The notes beneath the pieces are model-generated. The model was not told where the DNA came from. It worked only from the letters and a program-made list of their open reading frames with translations, and did not search any database. Of a stretch of 64,000 nt of DNA, positions 40,130 through 52,760 are shown piece by piece (position 1 is the stretch's first letter; the number at the start of each line of letters is the position of its first letter). A program made the translations under genes and the position numbers. This DNA is from Octopus bimaculoides (Eukaryota): positions 44,803,596 to 44,867,595 of the forward strand of contig NC_068992.1 in assembly GCF_001194135.2 (NCBI RefSeq), read 5' to 3'.

Positions 40130-40700
40130 AGTTTATCTTGATTAAATGAAGTTTATATTGTCGTTTGGAGGCCCATGTCATCACATGGAGGATTCGATAA
40201 GAATGCGTAGAAAGCACGTTTGAGTGAAGAATATAAATGTGAAGAGAAAATTATGAATATAAAAAGAGAAAAAAATACATAAAATATATAAGGGAGTGGG
40301 AGAGTTATAATTAAAGAATTTAAGGGCAGTTTCATAAACGGTTTTCAATGAGGCTATTTGGCCGAGTCAGAGAGAAAGAAATAAGGTGTAGTATTTTAAT
40401 AGGATAGTTTGATGGGAAGACGGGGTGAGGAATTTGTGGTCGATAGAAAAATGTGTGCTTAAAGAGGTGGTATAGTAGTAAAATTGTAAGTCTAGAGGTG
40501 AGGTGGAAAAATGGTAGTAATGGCTACCATCTAAGGATTTAAGAATGTATATTGTTGAGTGCACGCGTGTTTACTGTATGAACTGGTGGAGGTGTATGTA
40601 GGAGTGTCTACTTTTAAGATAACATAGGAAATATATAAATAAGAAATAAGGAGTAATAGGGAATATATGGGCGGCTAAAGATTTGTTGTTGTGACGATAA
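40130..40700 (-). mobile_element. Possible decayed LINE fragment
   Basis: Purine-rich plus strand; the minus frame ILHVMTWASKRQYKLHLIK resembles the post-YADD LINE motif L..WA.KW.M.FN..K. Confidence 0.3.
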
Positions 40701-41038
40701 ATAATGGGGAATGTCTATGAGGGCAGTGGGGAAGTTAGGGAATGACGCAGGATGGGGGATTGTTTGTATTTTGAAAATAGGTTACGTAATCTGTGTCTGC
40801 ATGTAAAAATTATACTATCACGTTCATTCAGATACTCAGTGGATTGCATAAGAGATAAGATTTCGGCTATGCAAAGATCGCAATTGTTGTTATAGCCGGT
40901 ATATGATTTATCATAGTTTACTATGAATCACTTTAAAGTGTAAGGAATTGATTCGTTCTTGAATTTATAGATAAGCTGAGATAATGTCGTACTTTGGGAT
41001 TTTGTTTGCATACCTCCAACGTTACCATAAGCGAATTA

Positions 41039-41081
<43 letters not shown>

Positions 41082-41966
41082 TAGATACATATATTACATA
41101 ATTATTATATTATATCACATTACATACGTATGCACATGCACATGCACACACATATAAGACGGTCGGAGAATCGATTGTCTGAGACAAAAGCATTTATCTT
41201 TGTAAGTAAATGTGTGTCCCTGAATAGACAGTTCACCCACATCACTGGAGGAAGAGAGGCTGATTTTTCGAAGTCATTATTAAAGAAACAATATAACGCC
41301 TTCAAAGAAACCACCTTAATCATCACTGTTTTTTTTTATCGAAATTAACTGCCAAATGACATCATTTAAGTGACTAGCAATAAAAACTTCAATAGTATAC
41401 ATTTTCAATGTATAATTCCAATTAAAAGAGATCATTATATATCATCAAATAAAGCACTGTCTCCCCTTAAATATTACATGTGTAGTATACATTTCTAGAT
41501 AAGTTTCTGTATTATTTTTCCCTGTACAAAATATGATTTTATTTTGCCAAATTGTCGATTAAGTATCAATTTTGAATTAGAAAAAAAAAACTGCGGTATC
41601 AGTAGAAAAATATGCTTTTCAGTGAAGAATTTCAGATTCTGTCTTTTCCACACCAATATTATTGAATGTTGGGCCACATGCAGTTGCGAATCTAAAGGGC
41701 TTTCCCCGTTGCATATTGTCAAATGCTAATGTGCAAGTTGTTATGGTGTCAAATAGAAGCTAACAACTCCACAATGAACAAAGGCTGAAACGTAGCAGTC
41801 GTATCTCATGAACTAAATATCGACCCCAATAAATATATTTCGGCGTTCTTTCATCAGAGACCTCTCGAAAGATACAATATAATCTGGAGCCAAAATGATA
41901 GTTGTTACAGCTTCATTTTGAAAGCTATTATGTTAGCGTAACTTGAGAGAAGTGGAACAGGGACAT

Positions 41967-42034
41967 AGGTCGTTCTCTCCCATTCATAAACAAGGAACAC
42001 AGGTCGTTCTCGCCTATTCATAAACAAGGAACAT
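41967..42034. repeat. 34-bp tandem duplication
   Basis: AGGTCGTTCTCTCCCATTCATAAACAAGGAACAC followed by AGGTCGTTCTCGCCTATTCATAAACAAGGAACAT (31/34 identical). Confidence 0.95.
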
Positions 42035-42195
42035 GAAATAGATGAATATGCAATGTTTCCTGTGGCGAATTCACAGGTTAATTCAGAATAATAATTGATC
42101 CCATTACACATTGAGTTATTTCATCTATTCATTACATGGCTAAACATAAATTGCTCTGCTATATACACAGAGACGCACAAAGACACATACGCACG

Positions 42196-42231
<36 letters not shown>

Positions 42232-42871
42232 AATATGTGTGTGTGTATATATATATATATGCAAATATGCGTATACAGACAAATACACACATAACACAAG
42301 CATATTATCTGTGGGACTGCTGTATAGTGGTTCAAAGTAATCTAACATGCTTCAATAAAAAAAAGACTAAACGTTTACCGTTATAGACATGTATCTGTTA
42401 AGGTAATGTTTTATAGGATATAAAATCTCATGCATTTATCTATAGCGCAAAAATCTGCCTGCAATCGTAAATGTATTGAACAATGTATAAAGAAAAATAG
42501 CTTATAATTTTGATTTTAATTTCGACCTCAGATACACTAGCATAATAATTTTGTACATTGTACAGTATTTTGCACATTTTATCGTATACAATTTCAGTCG
42601 AAAATATTTTATGGTGGTATACTTTGCGAGTTGTGTCCTAATGTATTGAAACTCATTATCAATACAGATATATTAGCATTAATTAATCTAAGTCACTTTG
42701 ACCTTGATAGAATTTAAACGAATCAAATTGACACTTCGACGATGGCAATCTGTTGTTACTCATCTGGTGTTTTAATAGTATTATTCTTAGTTAAATATGG
42801 TGCAACATGAGGAATACTTAGCATTTCTCTTGTCACTACAATACTTCAAGTGTCTTCTTGTACTCCTATTT

Positions 42872-42995
42872 AGACGGTGAGCTGGCAGAGCCGTTAGCAC
42901 ACCAGGCTTTCATTTTTCAAGGTTGATAAAATAGGTAATCGACTTTACCCCTCATCTGAAATTGCTGACATTGTGCCAAAATTGGAAACCAATAT
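42872..42995 (+). mobile_element. tRNA-derived SINE, family A (internally deleted)
   Basis: AGACGGTGAGCTGGCAGAGCCGTTAGCACACCAGG...GTAATCGACTT...TTGTGCCAAAATTGGAAACCAAT. Confidence 0.8.
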
Positions 42996-43679
42996 CTATT
43001 AGAAAGTCTTTAAATATTGTAAGTCTCTTTTTTTAGTACTACCATGTAAAGGCCATAAATTCCTTTTCTCTATATGTGCGTGTGCATTTACATGTATATG
43101 TATATTTATATATGTGATATATGTATATAGTTGGGTGTATGTGTATATATATATACACACATGTATATAGATACATAGTTACATAGATACGTACATGCAT
43201 ACATACATGCATACATACATGCATACACATACATACAGGCGCGCATTAAGCTGAGGTTTTGTAACACTTCTCTATTTTCAAATTTCTTGCGCCATTACGA
43301 TGTCCTCAATTTATATTCTGGCGATTTATTACACATTTTCTTGAACCTATTTATTTGCTACATTCAAACACTTAGTTTTTGATATTCATATGTGAGCTTG
43401 ATTTCGAAATGAATGGAAGCAACTGTATTGAAATCCGTCACTGTATTTATTTATTTTAATGTGTATATATATATATATNNNNNNNNNNNNNNNNNNNNNN
43501 NNNNNNNNNNNNNNNNNNNNNNNNNNNNNNNNNNNNNNNNNNNNNNNNNNNNNNNNNNNNNNNNNNNNNNNNNNNNNNNNNNNNNNNNNNNNNNNNNNNN
43601 NNNNNNNNNNNNNNNNNNNNNNNNNNNNNNNNNNNNNNNNNNNNNNNNNNTACATATATATATATATATATATACACAC

Positions 43680-43714
<35 letters not shown>

Positions 43715-46700
43715 CATATATACATATATACATATATGTACGTATGCATGTATGCCGGTATGTATTTATGTATGTATACGCGAGTGTTTATACCTACTTG
43801 GAATTTATTTATATCTCTATTCACTCATGAATGTTCTTGTGTGATTTTTTTAACGTTAACAACCATAAATACAATTTGGCTGCCATTAAGAAATGTTTAT
43901 TCAAATACATTACATTCATTTTGAATTTTAACGTTATGTAAACATTAACATGTTTTATCCACTGTTATACTACAATAAAGAACTTATAGAATTTTCCTTA
44001 GATATTTATTTACACATTTGTTTATCATATTAAGGTGTGAAATATTCTATCGAAGTTCTCCGTTGCAAATATTTCGCTATAAATACAGGAATGTTAAATT
44101 TGCCTTGGTCTTGTTTTGTTTCTTACAGTCTATTACGCCTATAGTTTTCCCCATCTGTCCCTTATTATTATTGAAGAAAACATATCTCCACCCTCTTCAC
44201 AAGTTTCTTTTATCATCAATACATTTAAAATTGAAATTATCTTAATTTGTATCAAATATCTATCATCACTAAAATATTTAGAAAACGGACATTTTATTTA
44301 ACCTTATTACCATAGTGATCAGTCAAAAGATAAGAGTTAGTGTTGCATTCTCACTCATAATAAATGTATAATATACTACTTAATTTCTAATTGGAATGGA
44401 GCTCTTTATCAAACTTGAAGTTATTAAATGCAGTCACCAAATAATTTTGCTTTCTGATAGCATCTTCTTGTATTGAGTAAACTGCAAAATATCTTAGCAG
44501 CAAAATGCTGAAACAGCAGATTAATCTAATCAATAAAACACTGCCATATTTACAAGATAATTTAACTGAAAGGTCTCCTGCAGGAAACAAATCTCTATAT
44601 TATATAATGAACCTGGGAAGATGTTTCCTTTGAAAATATACACAAAACTATAAACATACAATAACTGTTATATCAAATACAACTTTCAAAGTAGTGAGTT
44701 CTTTTATGAAGACAGCCAGCGTTGACATTCTGAAGGCAATCATTTCTATCATATTGAGAAGAAATAACTACAGCTTTCTGAAAAAAATATTTAAAAAATG
44801 ACTTTTATTTCTGTTTGTCGGTGTAAACTAACTGACTAATGTACGATAAATCGACTTGCGCTTATGAATGCATTTTCAACTTAATTTACACTAACATACG
44901 CCATTCTAGGATCACAATTCTGTACATTAGGTTTTACTTTGAGCATTTGATATTTCCTGCAACGAAAATTTCTGTCATTCCTTATTTGATTATGAAATTA
45001 AAATGTGTATCTATATGTAATATACCGTCCATATTTTTCTCAGTTATATCAGCAATTTCCCTTCTTGGTGTAAGCTAATCATCATCACTTTGTATCTAAA
45101 GAATATATCTCACACTATAATAACTTCTGAATTTAGAAAATATTTAGAGTTATTATATTATGTATTATATTTTAGGTTTTCTTTTCACTAACCCTATTAT
45201 TTTGTCGTATATTTCCTGTTATATCTTACATCTTACATAATACATAACGATTATTCATAATTTAATTGATTAAATAACTCCCAAACGATTAATATTTTAT
45301 TTATCATGAGAAAAGCTTTTCAATATCCACGCCACATTGCAGGTTATAAGTCCACATTTTATAAACAGCATACCATAATTTCCTACACATCTCAACTACT
45401 TAGCTATTTCACAAAAATTAATCTGCAAACTTAGATGTCTTCGCCAGTGAGCTTAAATCAACTTAGACTAATAATTATGAATTTAACTGAAACTAAAATT
45501 ACAGAAGCAATTTTCACAAAAATAACCACAAATGAGTACGTTATATTTTATATCATACTTCATTGTTTGTTTAACATTGTTACATAGTCAGATACGTTTA
45601 CCGTTGACTAATTAGAGCGTTATAGTAAGATCTATATCTCATAGTACTAAAACTCGTTATCTACTGAGATATATTAGCGACAATTCCTCTAGGTCACTTA
45701 AGTCTATGAATCATATATATATATATAGATTCAATTCGAATGAAATGAATAGTTCTGCTGTAATGAACTTCTTTCCATTACTCTGACATTTGTATAGTCA
45801 CATTCTTAATTACAAGTACTGTCATTAGAAATCCGTTACAATTTTCCTTACCATTTCGCCACTTCAAAATGTTTACTTCTAACATTATCCTACATATGAG
45901 AGAATATACACGATCCTAATCAACATAACTGTGTAAGTCCCATGACTTGATATTTAATATTCAAGTGGCACTTTTTATATATTATTGTAAACTGTTTCTT
46001 TTTTAATGATTTTATGAGGTGATTAGTGTCAGTAAAGGTATTTTTCCGTTTTTTAAAAGTTTCTTACTGAAGCATATGCTAGTTAGATATACCAACATCA
46101 AACAGATAGGGACTCTACATAGAAATTCAAAAGAATAGTAGAAAAGAATCTAAATCCTGACACTGTTTTTCATAATCCTGACTGTATTGTAGATATTCTG
46201 TTTTGGTATATTTATCAGAGAAAAATGTTCCCAAGTTACCAAGAATGGAATTTATGATTTATTTCTCTTTCTATACTTAAAGGGGAGAAATAACGAAAAC
46301 ATTGCTAAAAGATTGGCTAACAGTATACACACAGTATACACAAATAAGTTATTCAATTAGAAAATTGATTTAGATATTTTCAAATACATCGTTATAGCAA
46401 TTCCAAAGAAAGCGTAGCGGAGACAAAGGTAGATATATCAAGAATGATATATCTTCATGCTCAGCCAACATCACAAGAATATGAATACATTTATTAATTT
46501 CATCATACGCCTAACATTATTTTGTATTGAGGTTGTTGTGAAACACCACTTTCTCTCTTACTTCTCTCACTTTTCCTAATATCTATTGTGACAGAACAGT
46601 ATTTATAGAAAACACAACGGCTTGTGATTGGTCACAGATGAAACACATAAGTTCTAGGCACAACGCAACTCAAGAACTGAGATCGAACTATAAGCAGTTA

Positions 46701-48945
46701 CTATCAGAACTAGTGTAGAGTTACGCAAATTTCCAGTTTTTTTATGAATTACAATATAAATATTATTATTGTATATAGCAAATTTTAACGGTATCTATAT
46801 TGCAAATTCAAATAACTGATACGCATTTTGATATAACGATGAATTGACAGTGAGACTTTACTGAGATTATTTTCATTTACCAATACTGAAATTGTCAAGT
46901 TCAAATACATCCAATGTAATTTTGATTCTTTTGTGAGTGTAGGAAACTTTCAGCCCTACTATTACACAGTATTTAAGAAATCAAACATTCTTAAGGCTAC
47001 GATTATGATCAGTTCTATGTAAGTTAACAATGTGACTAGTAACACACAGAATCAAGTCAGAAAATTGACATATAAACTTTACAAGATATGGTTTACATGT
47101 TTTAATATATTGGACAATTTTTTTTTGTGTTTGTCTTATGCGTAATATAAATTCCGATTGGGAATGAGTAAAATCAGAATACATTGTTTCATATCCAGAC
47201 TGGTGTATATTATTACTGGATGGGTGCCTCGTCTTTTCGAGAAACAAAAACACAAAATCTTGACCACGTCTGGATTATAGCACATAGATTAGAATATCAA
47301 TAAATCGTTAAGTTCGGTTTTCTAACGTTTTTAATAACCTCAACGACCTTATATTTATAAGAATGCGTTGGAGAAATATCTGTGCAACAAACGTCACAAA
47401 ACCACTCATGAATTTTCTTATCAGCAAATAACACGTGGAGACCTTGAAAGAAAGCGAATGAATGCAGATTTATTTCGAGCAAAAATATTTGATATAGAAC
47501 TGTATGAAGATAGTTTTTGCTTTCATATTACATTTGAAGACAAGAAAAGAAATTATTTTTCATGCAATTCTGCCATAGAGAATTTGTTTCTCTAATATGA
47601 GATGATAGAAAAACTACATCAGTGAACAATTTAGATGTAAATGTTCCTCACTTATCATAAAGAACTAAATGCCGGCTTCAATAAATGTTTTCTACAGAAC
47701 ACAAAATGCCGAATACAGTTGGACTATAACAAAGAATTAAAGACTTCCCAAATAAATAATTCCATCGATTAATAACATGAGAATTGCTGCAAATTCTTCT
47801 GATGTAACTAAATAAAATAGGACAGAAGTACACAAAAGAGGCTCTCATTAAGATAAATAACAGGCATAAAAATATTCACAACGCATATACACATATACAT
47901 TTACGTGGGAGGGTTTTCGACCTGGGACTTCTTGTTTTATTATTTCCTGTAACATATATAATTGCATTCACACTCTGATCGAATGGATTGTGTTCTGAAG
48001 TTCAATTCTATATTAATCATGTCTCTCAAAACATATTTATGTCCTTTTTACACTGAATCCCATCTTCTCATACGTATTATTACGATATAAACATATATGT
48101 GTATTTTTGTATGATATCTGTATATACGTATGTATATATAAATGTGTTGGTGAATGTATGCACGTGAGTGTGTGTGTGTGTATGTGTGTGTTTATTAATG
48201 CATGAACTGATAAGGAATTTAAACAATACAGAACAATGAGAAAAAATGAAAGGACTATGTGAACACAGAAACTATATGCTTTGGAATGGAAGCATTATAG
48301 ATAATAACTCTATGTAACAATATGTTTGCTTCTGGCCATCGTAGAGTGATTTGTATTCCAGTACGTACGGATATGTATATGGCAATGAGGTATTTTCAAA
48401 GTATATTGACACAAAATCACTATGATCTTTCAATATTAGCAACAAGTTAACCCGAAACTTTGTCCCATCCACATTCTATTAATTTCTATAGAGAAGTAAT
48501 ATCTCAGAGACATGTGATAAAAATTACGTGTTTTTCTTACACTTTTGTGCAATTACAAAGTTGACATTTTATTTTGAATGATATAATTTAATCTTGACCG
48601 AGATAAATTTCCTAATCCTGTCTGCAAAACACGATAAACGATCTGCTCGATGGTTGCTTAAATTTTATATGGCGATAATCAGATAAGTAACAAGCCTCAC
48701 ATTCTGTTTACAAAGTGTAACCGTCATCTATAACTTTCAATGCGAGAACCAGTACGTAAAAAATTCTACTTTCCTCTGCTGCATACTTTGTATTTTGGTC
48801 CAGGATACAACACATTGTTGCTGATACGACACGAAACGTGGAAACTTCAACCGAGTTCTTTCAATTATTTGTTACTACTACACAACTAAGTATTTGTTGC
48901 ACATGTTAGATTATAAAATTTTCGAAATATTACTTACAGATTTAT

Positions 48946-49232
48946 TATACAACAAAACAGGAATTTGAAAATCTTTTGATGTTATTTATTTACTGTTACA
49001 CTAGTTTCATTTGCTAATAAAAACTACAAAGTTCTACATGTTAGATAAGAATTTAAAAAATTTCCTACTCGACACAGAAACAAATATTAGTTGTTTCTCT
49101 TTCTAAAGAAATTCTAACAGGAAATTACTGACATGTTTGTCTAACATGTAAAACATTACAATTCCTGTTAGCAAATGAAACATGTGTAATGGTGAATATC
49201 AAACAATTTTCCAGCTTCCTGCTTTGTTATAT
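48946..49232. mobile_element. Degenerate foldback element / MITE
   Basis: Inverted arms, e.g. TTACACTAGTTTCATTTGCTAA against the reverse complement of TTAGCAAATGAAACATGTGTAA, and ACATGTTAGA against TCTAACATGT. Confidence 0.55.
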
Positions 49233-49864
49233 ATTTATATAATTTATACACAGGTGTGATAAATTGGAGGAAGGGTCATGCGGATATAATTGGCTTCTTT
49301 TCAATCAATATTCATTGTTATAAATATATATCAGTTATATATGTTTGGCATAGCTTCTCTTATGTCAAGCGCAGACTGCCTCGTGTTTTCCTCTTTCTTC
49401 CGATTTGCAGATAAATTAATAGGAATTATATATTTTCTCTGACGATATGAGCAACATTGATGTAAATAAAAAAAATGCTTGAGTTTGACAAAAGAACAAT
49501 TGTTTATATGGACCGATACATTTGCATTCATCGGACTCATTTATTTATTGCTTGTTACTTTATCAATTTTGCTGTGAATGCTGAAAATGAAATCAGAAAC
49601 CCATTAACCTGTTTAATCTTACCTCAAGAAAAAATTTGAAACAAATTATGATTAAAAGCGCTGAGAAAGTATTTCCGAATTAACATTAAATGTCTTTGGA
49701 TTGTTTTTCTTGAAAATAACACGATGCAATACATGCATAAAACGTACATATATATACATACATACAAACATACATACCTACATATATATATAGATGTACT
49801 TGCATAGATCGTGTGCTGGAACGAAAATAATTGCAGCGTGGAAGGTGCTTATAAGCCATTTAAG

Positions 49865-49939
<75 letters not shown>

Positions 49940-50825
49940 GTATTTAATGCTTGGTCTGCAGGTGAAATACAACCTACGTGAGCTTCGAACCTCTTGTCGC
50001 CAGATGCTGTAACGTGGTTTGTATCCAATACTGTAGTACCACCACTATTGGGATAATGGCCTGCGATACATGGTACCAGTGTGATACAATAACAAGATAA
50101 TGCAAGGATTCTGCTCAGAAAGTATTAACCTGTTTTAGTAACAACAACGGCACGGAGAGCGTCATGGAAAGCGCATTCTTAGATTTTGAAACATGGAAAA
50201 TGGTATGGAATATTCTTGCTGGTGCTTAATCATTCATCAGCTATACCATCGACGGTGTTCCAAAAGATTCATGATCAATAGCTTTCAGCTGAAGCCATCT
50301 AGTCTTTTTTTATACGAAACAATAGATTGTATCGTCAAAAGTATTCTTCACCGTTTAAGAGGATTTGAGCGTGAATTCAACTGCCATGTGTAACATAACG
50401 TGACATTATGTAGAAATTCCAAGTTTGGAAAAAATATAATACTGTTGGTGCCATAGGATTAGACAGAACGGTTTTCGTGTAATATTTAGTTATAGAAGAC
50501 ATCTGTTTAATCTGATAAGTGCGTTTTTATACGTGAATCTAAAAATATCTGAAAACTAACTGGATACAACTCCCATACTTATTTTCCATAACAACCCCTT
50601 TCATAAAACTGCAATTTCCTGATATTCTAAATATAAAATATGTTTTTTCTTTATTTAGAATTTGAAAATATAAGTTTTCAGGATCGTGTGTATTGAAGTA
50701 TTACATTTTTGAAGTAATAAAGCTAAAGTCTAATGAGGTGGAGGAAATGGTAGAGTTTAATAGTGCGACAGAATCAGCTCAGTTGCTATAAAACTAGCTT
50801 TAAACGATATAATTTGACGGCAAAC

Positions 50826-51093
<268 letters not shown>

Positions 51094-51203
51094 TTTATTG
51101 TCTGTCTATCTGTCTCTGTCTGACTCTCTCTCTAGAATTGATACAAACAGCTGTGTGCTATGTTTTAGCAAAAAGGAGAATTATAATTGTCTTTAAATGT
51201 GAG

Positions 51204-51424
51204 TAGGGTGTTAGAAAGACATATATTGCTAGAAATAAGAGCTAAAATACATTAACGTTGTAGTCAACACTCAGGAATGTGAATATATACACTACCAGGG
51301 AACTTAATCGCATTTTGCGGACGACTAAGCTCCCTGTTAGTGTATATATTTTCATGAGTGTTCACTACATCATTAGACTATATTATCTCTTATTTCTAGC
51401 AATGCTAGAGTTTCTAATACCCTA
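51204..51424. mobile_element. Fully palindromic MITE with TA target duplication (Tc1/mariner type)
   Basis: TA-GGGTGTTAGAAA...TTTCTAATACCC-TA; the arms pair along almost the whole length (ATTGCTAGAAATAAGAG; AATATATACACTA.CAGGG) around a loop of about 3 nt near 51313. Confidence 0.8.
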
Positions 51425-51949
51425 GTGGAAACCGATGGGCTACCTAGTAGTATTAAACCGGATGTAGCATTAAGATTAACTTTAATCCCTACAATTTACA
51501 TCTTGCACTAGGACCAAGCGCAACATTTCTTGATTTCCTTATAACAATCTATCTAAAATGTTTTCTCGAGAAAATGAATCTACTTCAGAGAAGTCTTTCA
51601 GTAAAATTAAGCAGCGAGTTTTCTATTTGATAAATTTTGGCATACGAATGTTCCTATTAATATAGTATTCTTACAATTTTCAAAATTATTTCCATACATT
51701 TAACTTGTTTGCTTTAGGTTTTCGCTCAGAATAACGTGCCATTAATCACTTTCCACTATAGACTAGTGTGAGAAGCTAGATATATATCTACAATAATAAT
51801 AAGCAGCAGCCCAATTAAGCAGAGAAAATAACCAATACATACATACAAATATACATACATGCATACTTACATGCATACACACATACATACGTACATACAT
51901 ACATACATACGTACATACGTACGCACAGAGCAACGTGAAATGAGATGAT

Positions 51950-52042
51950 TTGCTAAAGGGCACAACTCATTTCAATGTAAGAATTGAAAGCATGATCGCA
52001 AGATCGTAAATGCAACACTCTAAACACTAGGCCTCACATCCT
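51950..52042 (-). mobile_element. tRNA-derived SINE head fragment
   Basis: Reverse complement GAGGATGTGAGGCCTAGTGTTTAGAGTGTTGC...GTTGTGCCCTTTAGCAAA. Confidence 0.55.
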
Positions 52043-52639
52043 CACACATCACGTATACATACGTAGAAACATATGTTCACATACACAGACTCACACACGC
52101 GTACGCTTACGTACATATACATACACATACATACATGTGTGTGTGCGTGTCTTTGAGCGTGTGTTTGTGTGCATATAAGTAGATGAATAGATAATTAGAA
52201 AGAGAGAGAGAGAGTGAAAGTTAGAGAGACAGACAGACAGATAGATAGACAGACAGAGAAATTGCTTGATTGTGTGACCGATTTATTTATTGAATCATTT
52301 TTGATATGCTATTTCATTTGCGAACACCACCAATGAACAGAATGTCATCTGTCCAATAGGAAATCAATTACTATAGATTTGGAGAGGATAAAACCTTCTC
52401 AAATTCAAGAATTAAGCTAAAAGATTGTAATATGCTAATTGTTTTGATACACAACACGATTGTAAAACATGCCTATCGCTTAAATTCTTATAATTCTTAT
52501 AATTCTAGCGCTTAAATCTTTATATAAAAGTTATCTATTTAATTGTTGCATAAAAGTGAATTTATTTATTACAAATGTTGATGTTCTGTTTAGGTTCAAG
52601 ATATTGCTTTTGAGCAGACGGTTGATATATTCTTTTCTA

Positions 52640-52760
52640 CTCTATTATGGGGAGGGGTCCAGTCAATTAGATCGATCCCAGCAGGCATCTGGTACTTAAT
52701 TTATCGACACCGAAAGGCAGAATTTGAATTCAGAACGTAAAAACAGACGAAAAAACGGTT
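52640..52760 (-). mobile_element. tRNA-derived SINE, family A (deleted)
   Basis: CTGGTACTTAATTTATCGACACCGAAAGGCAGAATTTGAATTCAGAACGTAA is the inverted family A body. Confidence 0.75.

Larger units (their letters stand above)
3474..43650. other. Twelve assembly gaps: 3474-3622, 6352-6542, 7385-7394, 9278-9577, 12620-12728, 22595-23024, 24719-25012, 27580-27691, 31146-31851, 34790-35446, 36125-36861, 43479-43650
   Basis: Runs of N, nearly all bordered on at least one side by a simple repeat. Confidence 0.98.

Noticed and set aside
3365-43844. Dozens of long ORFs in the six-frame track ([12 protein letters not shown], poly-X)
   Set aside because: They are translations of microsatellites and N-gaps, not genes.
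46431-46454. Perfect 10-bp inverted repeat AGATATATCA-agaa-TGATATATCT
   Set aside because: Short and AT-rich; expected by chance in 64 kb of this composition.
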